From Trichinella spiralis (lineage: Eukaryota): DNA of 64,000 bases. The notes under the pieces are model-generated. The model worked only from the letters and a program-made list of their open reading frames with translations. It did no database searches and was not told where the DNA came from. The stretch is from NCBI RefSeq assembly GCF_000181795.1, contig NW_003526943.1, positions 1,607,647-1,671,646 on the forward strand. Reading direction: 5' to 3'. Below are positions 1 through 13,190 of this stretch, one piece after another (position 1 is the first letter of the stretch; each line of letters opens with the position of its first letter). A program made the position numbers and the translations under genes.

Positions 1-732
1 TTCTTAGTGAAAGCTGGGTATGTAAAGCTGGAATGAGCTGCAATAGAACTGCTCAATTCCATTGATAATATAATTAACAAGTGATCAGCAATTATTTCTT
101 GAAATGCATCTGCGTTTTGAAATGTTGTTATTATGCATGAAAGTATTTCTCCTAATGATTTACTGCCTTTTGCTTTAAAAATTCCCTCTGCACAACAAAG
201 CAAGCAAAATCATGCACAGCTGTACATGATAAAGTTGTGAATGAAATTTTGAATTCAAGTCTCCAAACGCTCAACCACTTGAGGCGTGATTAATCATCTA
301 CTCTGATCTTCGTTTTTGCATTCTACTGGGTTACCCTTTATTCTTTTACTTCTACTGAGTTGGATATTCCATTTTTAATTATTGATTAGTTCAGAAAAAA
401 TCAGGCACTGCGTAACAGATTCTGTCGTTGTCCTTTATATTAATAATTAATTTCAATTTTCTGCAGCACCGCATTCTATTCTGTTCATCTGATAAATATA
501 CCAACTGATACTGCTTGTATGACTGAACAAAACAGTTTCAGATATCATTATTTATGCAAACGATATTTTTTGAATATATAATTTATTTAGTAAAAAATAT
601 TAGATATTTTGATCATTTTTTATTTTAATACACCATTTATGTGAATGCATTTATGAAATGTATAATATTACGTGATTATTATTTCATTATTGGTTCCTTC
701 AAAACCTGGGCGATTCTGATATTTTCAGAAAT

Positions 733-3011
733 ATGACGATGAACCTACTTTCAAAAACATTCTCAACAGTCATGAAGAGCAATTCGAATTATGCTGTTGT
801 TCAGCAACGCTACGTCACAAGTGCGACACTTCCGTTATTATGTGGCACGTTTCATGTAAATTATGGAAATTTTTTTTGTTCATTTTTATTGTTGTTCAAA
901 TTAATAAATATTTGCAGTTTAAAATATTATTTTAGCACAAGACTCTTGTTGTTAAAAAAGTTTCTGAAGAAGAGAAGAAGAAAAAATTAAGTGGAAGTTT
1001 TTTGCAGTTTGGTGAAACTTTTTCGGACCACATGTTTATTGTGGGTTGGAATCTGAGGAATGGATGGCAAAATCCTGAAATTACTGCTCTCCGTAACATT
1101 AGTCTGCACCCTGCTGCAAAAGTACTTCACTACGCAGTTGAAGTATTGTTTTTGTTCCTTTTCATTTTTCAAATCAATTAATACTGACTATTTTCTATTT
1201 AAATTGCAATTACTGTAAAGTTAAGAAAAATATTATGGTAAAGATGATAAAAAAAATTTTGCGTTTTAGGCATTTGAAGGAATGAAAGCTTTTAGAGGAG
1301 TGGATGGGAAAGTTCGCCTATTTCGACCACGCTTAAATGTTCTGAGATTCTTGTCCTCTGTTAATCGTTGCTGCATGCCTGTAAGTTACATTTTTTAAGT
1401 AAACGACGTATGTGATGAATCTTTTACATTCTAATTATTTTAGAATTTCGATTCTGAAGAATTTTTAAAATGTTTGATTGAATATATTGGTGTGGAAAAA
1501 GAATGGGTTCCCAAAGATTCCCATTGCAGTCTCTACATTAGGCCAACAATGATTGCGACAGAGGTGAAAGAAATCCACAATAAATTGAAAGCGAGATATT
1601 AGTGTCATGTGAAAAATTCAAACAAAAAAATTTTGTTTTTACTTTCTTTCATTATTTAAAGAAGCTTAATTTTTGATATTTTGAAGTAGTAATTAAAGTG
1701 GCCAGTAAATAATCTAAATAACTAGATAATCCAACAATAACTGAAATCAGTTTAATCGATAAATTGATAATGTAAAGTGAAATTTCTAATTTTGTTCATG
1801 TTGAAAATCACAACGCAATTTATCTAATTTAGTAGCAAAAGCACCAAGGATAATCAAGTGTTTAATGCAATAATCAACATTTTAATGACAATCTTGATTA
1901 AACTCTTTTTAATGAACTTTGACCAATCAATTTTAATCAATAGTGTTTTTTCACAATGCTGTATTTCTTTGTAATAATAAATATTTTCCTGTGTCTTCAG
2001 AATATTAATAAAAAATTTTAGCCAACACTTGGAATTGGTGTTTCGAATGAAGCTCTGCTTTACATAATTGCATCCCCGGTGGGCTCGTATTATGGTTCCG
2101 GATGCCATGATATTAAACCAGTGTCACTGTTTGCCAATCCTGCAGTAGTTCGATCATGGCATGGAGGAGCTGGAAACTTTAAATTAGGAGCGTCAGTTCA
2201 ATAATTAAGCATTGTTTAGGAGAATGTTTAAAGTTTTCAAATAATTTCTAGAAATTATGCACCAACATTATATCACTTAAGCAAAGCCAACGAATATGGT
2301 TGCAGCCAAAATTTATGGCTGAATGGGCCTCAACAAGCAATTACAGAAGTCGGTTCTATGAACATTTTTGTATTTTGGGTGAACGAAAAAGGCGAAAAAG
2401 AACTTATTACTCATCCACTTGACGGTTTAGTACTTCCAGGCATTATCAGGCAGTCTGTTTTAGAGCTTGCTAGAGAATGGGTAACTTGATTTTTTTAATG
2501 ATTATTTACCATTTTCTATTTATTGTTTGGATGCTTTTTAAAGTTGGATATTTATGATCAAATTTTTAGAATGAATTCAAGGTGTCAGAGAAGGAATTCA
2601 CAATGCCTCAAATGTTAAAAGCTTTAAAAGAAAATCGAGTGAGCAAAAATTTATTGCATATTAATATTTTCAGTTGCAATTTTATTGTTAAAATTAATTT
2701 AAACATAAATTTTAAATATAAAAAGAATTCTATTTTTTTCAATTTTGTTTTTCAATTAGATACTGGAAGTCTTCGGTACTGGCACAGCGGCTGTTATTTG
2801 TCCAATTTCAGAAATTGTTTATGCTGAAGGAAGCGTTGTGAATAAATATGAAATACCAACTATGAAAAACGCATTTTTAATTCATCACTTGTATCAAACA
2901 ATAAATGAAATTCAAGTAATTATATTTCAATGCGTAATGCTCTGTAGGTAATTTTTCTTCTTATAGCTTGGTATTAGAGAAAAATCAGATTGGACAATCA
3001 TTGTGGACTAA
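733..3011 (+). CDS. bcat-1: Branched-chain amino acid aminotransferase, probably mitochondrial (multi-exon span)
   Basis: Spliced exons read [44 protein letters not shown] (PLP lysine), [16 protein letters not shown] and [11 protein letters not shown], ending SDWTIIVD* at 3009-3011. The N-terminus is S/T/K-rich with no acidic residues, like a presequence. Confidence 0.93.
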
Positions 3012-3423
3012 ACGAGAATTCATTTGTAATTAACATAATTTCGTGTGCTTGTAAATTTGATGAACTTCTTGTCTTATTAAAGAAAACACTTTTACACGCA
3101 AGTATACTTTTGCATGCATAAATGAGCATTTGAAATAAATTGAAAATTGCAAAACATGAACATCCTCGAACATGAAGGAATTTGTCCAAATAATTGCACG
3201 AAATGAAAGATTGCCAATTTTCACCTGTTACAAAATAAGCCGCCATGTTTGTTCAGCATTGCGGGGTGCTAATCAATTTAGCTTAACTAAGTTTACTTTT
3301 ACGCATTTCAGCGCAAAAATGGCTTTAAAGCAAAGAGCAATTTGCAGTTCCATTGAAATTGTGAAAATATTTTACTCATCCAAGTGAAATTTCAAATTTT
3401 TCGATATAAGTCATTAAATACTG

Positions 3424-5709
3424 ATGACTTGCTCGGAAAGTTTTCTCAGAAACTGCACACATCGCAGCAGTGTCCGTGGAAAATGGAAATTATCACTTTT
3501 TGTTGTATTCATGCTTGTAAAAGATACTATCAGTCAAACGACATGCAGACTTGAAAGTGGAAATACTGTTGACTGGTAAATGAAAAACTTATTCTATTTT
3601 TCTACTCATTTCTATTAAGTTTGCATTATTTTTTATGTACGTCCTTTACAAACCTCCGGGCACACCTGCATTAGAAGAAATAATTCCTTATCAGCAGCAA
3701 CAGCTACAGCCGCAACAGCCACAACATGTACAAGGATGGAGGAGATCACAAGGCGATGTTACTACAAATAACAATGCCATGTATAGAACATTAAGTGGAC
3801 TGTTTATGAACACCATCAGTGAACAAATTAATGGCTTTGCTTATAACAATGATCCACCAATGATGGTTGGCATACGTTCGAAATCTACTGGAAAAGGTGA
3901 ACAACAAGCAGTTTTGTAGTTTGAAAAGTACATATTCTGTTGTAGGAGTTGTTTTGTTCAACAATCAAGAAGAAAACAATGAAGCATTTTGGTTTCTGCA
4001 TACTGTCCCTGGATTTGTTCAAACTTTGGTACAATATGTATGGCCTAATGAACAAACTTCATATGGGCATCTGTTTGTTTGTTTAAATTTTGTCGAATCG
4101 CATTTGAGGCAAATTGGTGCGATTTCTTTTTCCTTTCTTATACAGCAATTATTAAAAATTAATTAATAATTTCATTTTTCTAGCGGAATCATTGACTTAT
4201 CAAGAAGTGATTGTTTATTGGAGCAGCATTTTGCCATCATTTAAAGAAACTATTGTTGAATTGAACAACTTTCTCAATCCAAAATATGAAATTCGAGAAA
4301 CGCCGTTCGCTTATGATGTAGAATTTCAAACAACTTCATTAACCAGTTCATCACGCATCAAGGTTTACAGCAAAACTTCAAGATCACATCTTGGCAAGAT
4401 CAATTTTATTTAAAGTGAAACAATTTTTCTTTAATATAATAAACGTCCAAACTTTACAGACATGTTTGCAAAATACCTAACCAGACGACTTGAAGCAAAT
4501 ATCAGAATATGGACACAGGTGGGTCCCAAAAAGCATTCCACATGCGGAGGCCATGTTGGTTTTGTCCAAGTTATCAAATCGCCAATTACAATAGCGACAG
4601 AAGTTGTCTCTTATAGGGATGACAAAGCAAAGTGGCTAGTTTGTGAAAATAAACAAATGTGGTGCTTTACAACAAGCAATTACTCGGTAATTTTAAACAG
4701 ATACTTTTCTTATTTAAAATCATACACATTTCTTTAAATGACTTTTTATTTAAAATTGAAATTAATTAAATATGAAGAAAAAAACATCTTAAAATGTTTT
4801 TTATTTTAACTACATTATAAAAATGTGTAACTTCAAAAGATAATTATTTTTAAAAATAGTCATTTTTCATATTAAAAATTGTTTTTAATTTTTCATATTT
4901 GACAATTTTATGTTCTGATTCATTATTACGTTGGTATTATTGCTTGTTGGGTAATGTATCATGAAATAAAATGTTTAAAGAATTTTATTCGAACTTATAC
5001 AATATACATTTCTAAAAGATTTTTGAACAAAATGGACTTTTAGGAAGAAGATCTGAAATATTCTGGCGGATCAATATGCATGACAAATCCAACCGTTTAT
5101 TCCACATTTTCAGCGTCAGCAGGTGAAACAACGGAATGCCCTTATAAGTTAGAAAATATCATGATGGGATTCGGAATGTTTGATGCATATCAAAATCAGT
5201 TAGCTATGGGTGGAGGCTATCCATTCATCACTTCTCCCATTGAAGGCGGAGTAGGAGCTCCTGGTGGAGGGTATGAATATCCGTACGGCCAGCAGCAGCA
5301 GCAACAACAAGTTTATGGTCCACAGCAATCACCATATTATCAACAAATGCAACAGCAGCCGTATGGTCAATACGGCCAACAAACCCCTTACGGTCAATAT
5401 GGCCAACAAACTCCTTACGGTCAATATGGCCAACAAACCCCTTATGGTCAATACGGTCAACAAACCTCTTATGGTCAATACGGTCAACAAACCCCGTACG
5501 GTCAGTCATCAGCAGGCTACGGCCAATATCAACCAATGCCTTATGGTCCATCTAATGTATATGAAAGTACAGGATACCCTTATGGACGGAATCGAGAAAC
5601 TACAAATTCAAAAAACAAAAATTTTCCCCAAAATCAACCGAATTCCCCTCAAAACGGATATTTCGCTGCCTTTCAAGATTCGCAATTACAGTCTCAAAGG
5701 ACTAGGTAA
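3424..5709 (+). CDS. Deoxyribonuclease II-like (plancitoxin/p43-type) secreted protein with Q/Y/G/P-rich C-terminal tail; first intron acceptor non-canonical
   Basis: Hydrophobic leader then CRLESGNTVDW/YVLYKPPG, AYNNDPP, STGKG/VVLF, FWFLHTVPGF, YGHLFVCLNF, DDKAKWLVC, WCFTTSNYS and SGGSICMTNPTVYSTF follow the DNase II motif order. Both HxK histidines are replaced. Confidence 0.85.
5359..5505 (+). repeat. Coding 27-bp tandem repeat, (P/S)YGQYGQQT x5 plus a partial unit
   Basis: Directly visible; the units differ mainly at synonymous positions (tat/tac, ggt/ggc, acc/act). Confidence 0.95.
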
Positions 5710-6065
5710 TAACAAACGAAAATGTTTGTGCCTTTTTATAGATTATTGCATTACATTATGTGATAAATGTCAATACAGTTTTTAAATACTATTTTCTTTT
5801 ATTTCAAGCTTCTGAAAGAAAAAAAATTCGCATCTCACTGGAAAATAAAAATTCACATTAAGAATTTTTCAAAATTATTCTGCTATTAGGCAACAGATTA
5901 TTGATTTAAAATAAACTGTCAATAAATTAACTGAAATGTGAAGTTGATAATCTTTTTAAAAACTGTATAATGAAGAAGACCTGAAAATCAATTTGCAATC
6001 TAAAATCTCAACCGTTTGCATAGTTTAAAATATCTGAAAGACAAACAAAACAGTATAAAAGTTTA

Positions 6066-7251
6066 TTATTGAAAAAAATTAAAATCTTGACTATTTATAT
6101 AATCGCACATATCAAGAGCTACCTCACAACTTTCACGAACAACTCTCTCTTTATCTTGCAAAAACTGTTCCAAGATGCGTCGACATTCCAAATTTCCAAT
6201 TGCTCCAAGGGCTTCGGCGCACTCATGACGAACCATGCAATTTTCATCCATTTTACAAAGTCGCCGCTGCAGAACATCCATAGCGACTGGATTTGCCAGC
6301 TGACCAAGGACAAAGGCTACCTCATGCCGTAACAATGCACTGCCGTCACTCTCTAACCCTAAATTACACAAACAAATTAGTATTTTATAATTTTTTCATA
6401 AATAAATAAATGCCTTTGCAAATGCTGCTTATAGCTTCTTCAGTACCGATGTGCTTTAAAGTAAACAGTGCTTGATAGCGATCCCATAGCTTGGCAGTGC
6501 AATCCAATAAAATCATCTCAAGATTTTCAATTGATAGCAACTGACGAAGATGCTCAGGATGTGGTGGAACCGGCTCTTCAAAATACGTAGGTATCAAGCA
6601 TCAAATGTTTTTTCAACATTACAAATGCATACCAATTGTTCTGTCGCCATTCGATAAGCAAACGTCTGGAGACGAATTAATCCATTCAATTCGCTGCAAG
6701 GCAAGTTCGCATGTCTGGGCAATCTTTAAAATATCTTTAAGCTAATAAAAATACAAATAACCAGCTTTAAATCATACTTCCTTTATGGCACTATTTTTAT
6801 ATTGTGATAAGACACTGATTGCAGAAGGATCAGCGATTGCACCAAGTGCTTCTGCTAAAAATATGCAAACGAAATGCTCGCATTCAGTAAACATGATCGC
6901 ATTAAACAAAAACGCAACACTTATATAATAAAATATGACATCAGTATTTTTCGTCTCACCTGCTTCGTGTCGAACGATTGGCTCTTGATTTTCATCTTTC
7001 AGCACTTGCTCAAGCACTGGCTTAGCATATCGGTCTCCCATTTGTCCCAAACAATAAGCTAATTCATGTTTTAATAAAGCTGAGGATGAAGTGAAACTTT
7101 CACAAATTGCATCAATAGCTGCATGACCTCCAAGATTTCGCAGTGTAAATAAAGCTCGGAACCGTTTTTTCATAGGCTCCATTTCAGAATTTAAAATGCT
7201 ACCCATTCGAATCAGTATGTCGCTCTGTTCAATTTCAGGTGCACTTGACAT
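6066..7251 (-). CDS. DOHH: Deoxyhypusine hydroxylase (multi-exon span)
   Basis: HEAT-like repeats with four HE motifs: [52 protein letters not shown]. Confidence 0.96.
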
Positions 7252-8110
7252 CTGTTAAAAACACACAGTGCTAAATATTGGAAAAACAGCTCATACAGTA
7301 ATTTAATATATTTGAAATAATACTGAAGCATGAATAAAATACTTTATTTAAAAAATAACTACAAATAATTACAATAAAATCGAGTTTATGGTTATCGTGA
7401 CAGAATAATCAAGTTCAATTTGTATTTATGTTAGAAAATTTAGAATTGCTGGGACATTGCTTTAGAAATAACAGTAATAATTTGGGCCTTAATTGACCAT
7501 TTTAAATTACTGAAATACGAGCACTCGTTTAATGGCCAAAATAAAAAAAAATTTTAATTACTGTGACAGATTCACAGCGATTAGGCAAACACACTACCAT
7601 CTGATTGGTCAATTTTGATTTCTGGTTACGCCTACATTGCCATTTTTTGTCTGTCCTTCACCTTTGTAGCAGCGTTCACTTGTTTTTTTTCGCAACTGTG
7701 ATGCTGGTTAGCGTTTGTCATATTTTACGCATCATTTTTTAAGATGAAGTATAATATCATGCAACTGTAATTATTGTATAATATTTAATCGCTAAAGTGC
7801 ATACACATTTAATGTTCAGCTTTAAACAACTGATTGAAGTCAGCAATTGTAATTCGATTTAATGTTAGCAATGTTTAAATTTGAAATTAAAAAGAAAGCA
7901 TTAAAACATTTTGATTGAAGCAAAGTACTTTAAAGTACCAACAAAAAATGGTTAACGGGTTGGTTGTTCATTGCGGCTGTGTTCCGTTGTTCAAGCTTTA
8001 GTGCTGCGTTTTCATTATAGCCCACGACGGACATCAGCATATTTCTACGGTTGCTTTTCTCTATCTTTTTCCCTTCTATCTTGTACCTGTATTTTGTATC
8101 AGTTTTAAAA

Positions 8111-10063
8111 ATGGCATCCAATCAACAACAGACTGATTGCATCAAAAAAGCTCTGAAAAGTGATAAAAGTAAAAAACCCAAAGATGATGCTGGTGTTGCG
8201 AAATTGCAGCTACATGTAACGAATAACTGGAAGCATATAAAAAAAATGAAGATGCATATAAAGAAAAGTATTTTTTTTATTTCCTTTATTTTATTTTGTT
8301 ATTATGAATGCAGGTAGTGGCATATCCATTTGGTTATGTTAATAATGAAATGCACATTTTTCTTTTAGATTTATTTAAAAAAAACAAATTCTTTTTTCTA
8401 ATTTATATTTACAAATCTTTTTTTAAGAACGCCAAGAATGTGATAGGGCAATGCAAAAAATTAGAGATTTGCAACTTCAGCTAGACCGAGTAAAAAGCGG
8501 CACCACTACATTAGTTGCAAAAGTAGTGAGTGTACAAAATGAAAGAGGTAACGGATATTAATAAAATGAATAATATCAATTTAAATTTTTTTTACAAATT
8601 TTACAAAGCAGTGCTGATTAAAACTTCTGGAGATGTGCAATATTTGTGCGAATGTTCGAAAGAGTTGGATGTGAACAAATTGAAAAAAAATACTCGAGTC
8701 GGGGTGGATCGCATCACGCTGACCATCACGTGCATTTTACCGCCGGAAGTTAATCCAATCATTTATAACATGCGTGCAAGTGATGAAGATAAAAAAACCG
8801 ACTTTGCCATGATTGGAGGCTTGGATGATGAAATCCGTCAACTCAGAGAGGTAGGCAATCGATCATCATTCGTTGTTGTACAATTAAAATTTTATAAAAG
8901 TAAAATTCAAAAATAATAATAATATGTTTGCATTCAGTAATTTAACATCAGTATTTTACATAAATTTCAGGTCATCGAGTTACCAATGAAAGAGCCTGAA
9001 TTGTTTAGACGTATTGGAATAACACCTCCAAAGGGTGTTCTATTGTACGGACCACCAGGTACTGGCAAAACATTGATCGCGAGATTGGTAGCTAGTCAAA
9101 TTGACTGCCTTTTTTTACAGGTTAAAAAAGGAAATTTTCAAAGAATGCATTTATGGAGTTTCGTAATATTGAATTTTTCAGGCATCCGCAACTACCATCA
9201 CGGATAGCTATATTGGAGAAGCAGCCAAAATGGTTCGTGAAATTTTCACCTACGCCAAAGCAAATTCACCGTGCATAATTTTTCTAGACGAAATTGATGC
9301 GATAGGTAAGAAGAATACGATTATTTCAAACTTTTCATTCAAAAAAGCATTATGCATATTTTTCAAATAAATATTTATTTAAACTTTCACAAAAATATCT
9401 ACTATAAATGAATAAATTCTATTAATTCATTGTGCATTTGTGTTTTTCAGGTAGCAAACGATCTGCTAATGTTCATTCATCTGATCGAGAGGTGCAGCGT
9501 ACAATGATGGAGGTGAAATTTATTTAAACGTGAATGTTGCCTATTTATAATTTAATTTAATTCATTGAAACCTTTGTTTTGCAGATATTGAGTCAAATTG
9601 ATGGATTTGATCCACTGGGACAAGTGAAGTATATCATGGCAACGAATCGTCCTGATGCTTTGGACAGTGCATTACTACGACCAGGAAGAATTGATCGAAA
9701 AATAGGTAACTTTTCACTGAAATATTCTGCATCATTTATTGCAAATACTGAAGAAAAATTCATTTTTGATTCCATATTTATTATGTATTAATTTTTGTAG
9801 AAATTAAACTTCCAAACGATGCTGCACGTTACAAAATTTTACAAATCTACACGAAAGACATGCCCATTGAATCATCGGCAAATCTCGATTCTCTGGTCAA
9901 AATAACGGAAGGATTCAACGGAGCCGACCTGAGGAACGTCGCTACCGAAGCCGCCATGTTTGCTATCCGCCAAAAGCGAAAAATCATCACTCACGACGAC
10001 CTTATGAACGGCGCGAGAAAAATTGCAGATAGCAAAAAAATTGAAAATGGTTGTGAAAAATGA
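8111..10063 (+). CDS. 26S proteasome AAA-ATPase, Rpt4/PSMC6-like, divergent (multi-exon span)
   Basis: [16 protein letters not shown] (Walker A), [11 protein letters not shown] (Walker B), [49 protein letters not shown], and the Rpt4-type tail RKIADSKK. Confidence 0.88.
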
Positions 10064-10499
10064 ACAACAACTTAATAACATTTTTCATTTTTATTCACCA
10101 CGTTTTCAATTTAAATTCCATAACTTTTCCTTCATTTATTATGGTACTCCCAATCATTGAAAAATATCTTCTTTCCTCACATTCACATACATATTTTATT
10201 ACAACTGAATAAATAAAAATTTATACAAAATCAGCAACGAGAAAATATTGCTCTTTATTCAATTCTAAAAAATTCACTTTCAATCTGATCACCTGAACAT
10301 GACCGCAACTGCTTATCACAACAAAAGCATTTTCAAAAATCACAAAAAAATATTGTTAGTGAAGTGAAGAAAACAAACAAAACACAAATATATCATCAGA
10401 ACAGAAAAAGACAAAAAGTAGTAATAAAATTCATTTATAAAAAAATATACTTATAAAAATATGAATAAAAATGAAAAAATTTGATCTTTGAAAATGATT

Positions 10500-13190
10500 T
10501 TAAATTTTCTGAATTTCAAATAGTTGTATATGTGAATCGTACCAAATCGGCGGATCTGTATTGCGCAAATAGATCACACCCCAAAGATAAATTCTGAACC
10601 ATTCGTTTGTGCCACTGTTGCTCTGGTATTTACGGATCAGTATCGGATGAGGAACCGGTAACAAACCGACCAACGTACCGTGCTGGAGAAATTTCAACAC
10701 TTCACCTTCGTCGGTCAACATACGGTCAATGCAAATTTTCTCCACTTGCGGAACCAACACTTGCAACAAGCGCATCACCGTTTGCATAGGGAGTTTCTGC
10801 TTCCAATTATCCACCCATTTCTGCGTAGGGGTCCAGGATTCGCTGGTTCCACTATCACTTTTCGAACTGCCGGCTTTGTTCGACGTTGGCAACACCAAAC
10901 TGGCCACTCCTTCCTGCAAACCGGAGGCGCCTCTCTCAGTCATCGCATTCACATTCGGTGTCTTTGCCAATGAAGCGCTCAAACCGTGGTGACTCTGCTT
11001 TGCTTCAGCTTCTCCTTCTGCTGCTGCTGCTGTTTCTTCTTGTGTTTGGGACAACTTCGTCCCCGCCTCTTGCTGCCCTCCTTGATCTGGACACTGCTCG
11101 TCGTTGCTACTTTCAGTTGGCGTCTTCATGTCAGGCAATGTATTTTTGCTGCCAGTTTGTCGTTTGCGTGATTTCAACGCCACCGAAATCGACGAATCAT
11201 CAGAAGCCAAATTGGCCAATTGATAAAATACTTGACGTTTTCGGATTATTGTATAGACCAAATTATAATTGCCATCAAATTGATATTGGATAATATTGTT
11301 GAATATTTCCAAAAGGAAAAAGACCATGTGGTGATTGTTCGGTGCAGCGTATAGATACCAAGGCGTGCTGAACACTTCCAACAGATGAAGCAACTTGCTA
11401 GCAGCTACCATCGACATCGATTTCAAGTACGGTGACACGTTGACAATGATCGTCAACAGACATTCGAACAAGCTTTGCAATTTTCCATTACCGGAAGTGA
11501 TCAATTTGTGAAAAACAATAATCAACAAATCTGCGTGGGTTCCGGTAAACAATGGAATATCCATAGCCACTCGTGCTGTATAGGATTTGTTCAAACGAAC
11601 GCCGAAATTTCTCTCACCACTCAGCAACAGTATCACAAAAACGCCCATGTGCACTAAGCCAGCTCGTGCTAAAATTGAAGCCAAATAAATAAATAAATAT
11701 ATATATATATATATTATTCCATTTACTTACTTTGGTCATTACGTGAATCATTCAAATAATACAAAATTGGAACCAATATGTCAAGAACAGCGCTACTTTT
11801 CAAAACATGAAAAAGAAATTTCTAAAAACAAATAATAATAATATAATGTTGCTCATATTTATGAAACAAATAGTTGGAAAGGATGCAATTTAAATTTAAA
11901 AAAGGGGAAAAACAAAAATTACCCTGTTGTAATCACAACATTTCCAAAACAGTACCAACAGTTCTTGATGAAAAGCAACTTTCTTACACGAATTTGGCAA
12001 ATAAGTTTGGGTGAGTGGATTATTCAACAATCGTGAAAAGCCTCTCAATATAAATTCGAAATCCTAAAAGTGGAAATTACAAATTATTACACTGGTCCAA
12101 TTATGAGAACAATTCTACATCCATCCAATCAAAATCAGTCACCTCATCTCGATGGACTCTCGACAAATAACTGATGAAAAGATTTTCATTGCTAAAAATT
12201 GCCTGAAATAAAATTAGAAATTGCAAAAATTATTATTTCACAATAAACGTTGCACATTCATTCATTCATTCATACTTCATCTTCTTCGTGTGTGACAGTG
12301 GAATCGCCTCCATTTTGATCCAAAGTTGCAACCAAAACTTGAAGAGCCACCTCCACCAACGGACCTCGACAATCGGAAAACAGCAGATGATTGTACGGTA
12401 GCCCGTAGCCGATTGGATCGTAAGAAAAGACAACGTTCATCAAGCTTGTGAATAATGGCAAAACATGCCTGTTTTCGGCGGATGTGAAATTCGTTAGCCA
12501 AAAGTTTTCATATCCTGACTGAATAGCCGCATTCGACTGATACATGACGTCGGATAAACAAGTCAACAGCAGACGAAGCAGCTCAGTCCGGTTGCAATCG
12601 TACTGAGGATTGTGCGGGGGTGAAATGGCAAAACCGATCCCAGCTTCCCATATGTATTCACAGCTGTCGATGGATTTCAAATTTTCCACCGTTTCCGGAC
12701 CCTTCTTCGACGAGCTCACGGTGAAATCTGGACAGAAGAGCAAATCACACAGTGAATTGAGCAGCAACTTTCCAAGTGGAGGCGTGTCCCCATCTGAACC
12801 TCCACTGGAACCTGGCGTTGAAACATTAGACCAAAAATATCCACGCCAGTCTGGATCTTCAAATATGAACGGCAAGAGACGAGTCAATATGCGGACGCAG
12901 TTCAAAATTTCTTGCTGGTCATTCACCGTATGCGAGCTAGTCTGACAAGCTTGAGACAACCGCTCCACCGCCTTGTAGCACAGCGTGGCCAAATTGTTCG
13001 GCGCATGCTCTCTCAGTTGTCGAATCTCTTCGGACTGAATCAGCGAAAAAATATCTTGCACTTGTTTGATGCTGTTCGGCTGCCAAAATTGTTCCCAAAA
13101 TACATCATCCGACGGTTCGACAGACTTCTTTGTCGACGTCAATTCCACCACCGCTTTGCGGAAATTCAGCTTACTGTCGCTGCCGCCCAT
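10500..13190 (-). CDS. hid-1: HID-1 dense-core vesicle/Golgi protein (multi-exon span)
   Basis: MGGSDSKLNFRKAV N-terminus (myristoylation-type), DSCEYIWEAG, LPLFTSL, LLLSGERNFGVRLNK, GTLVGLLPVPHPILIRKYQ, DPPIWYD. Confidence 0.95.

Noticed and set aside
1..187. Open minus-strand frame after a tgcag acceptor, running off the window start
   Set aside because: No recognisable motif, and the upstream frames I checked contain stops; a gene cannot be supported from this fragment.
5359..5505. CRISPR-like periodicity
   Set aside because: Contiguous coding repeats without unique spacers, in a eukaryotic exon.
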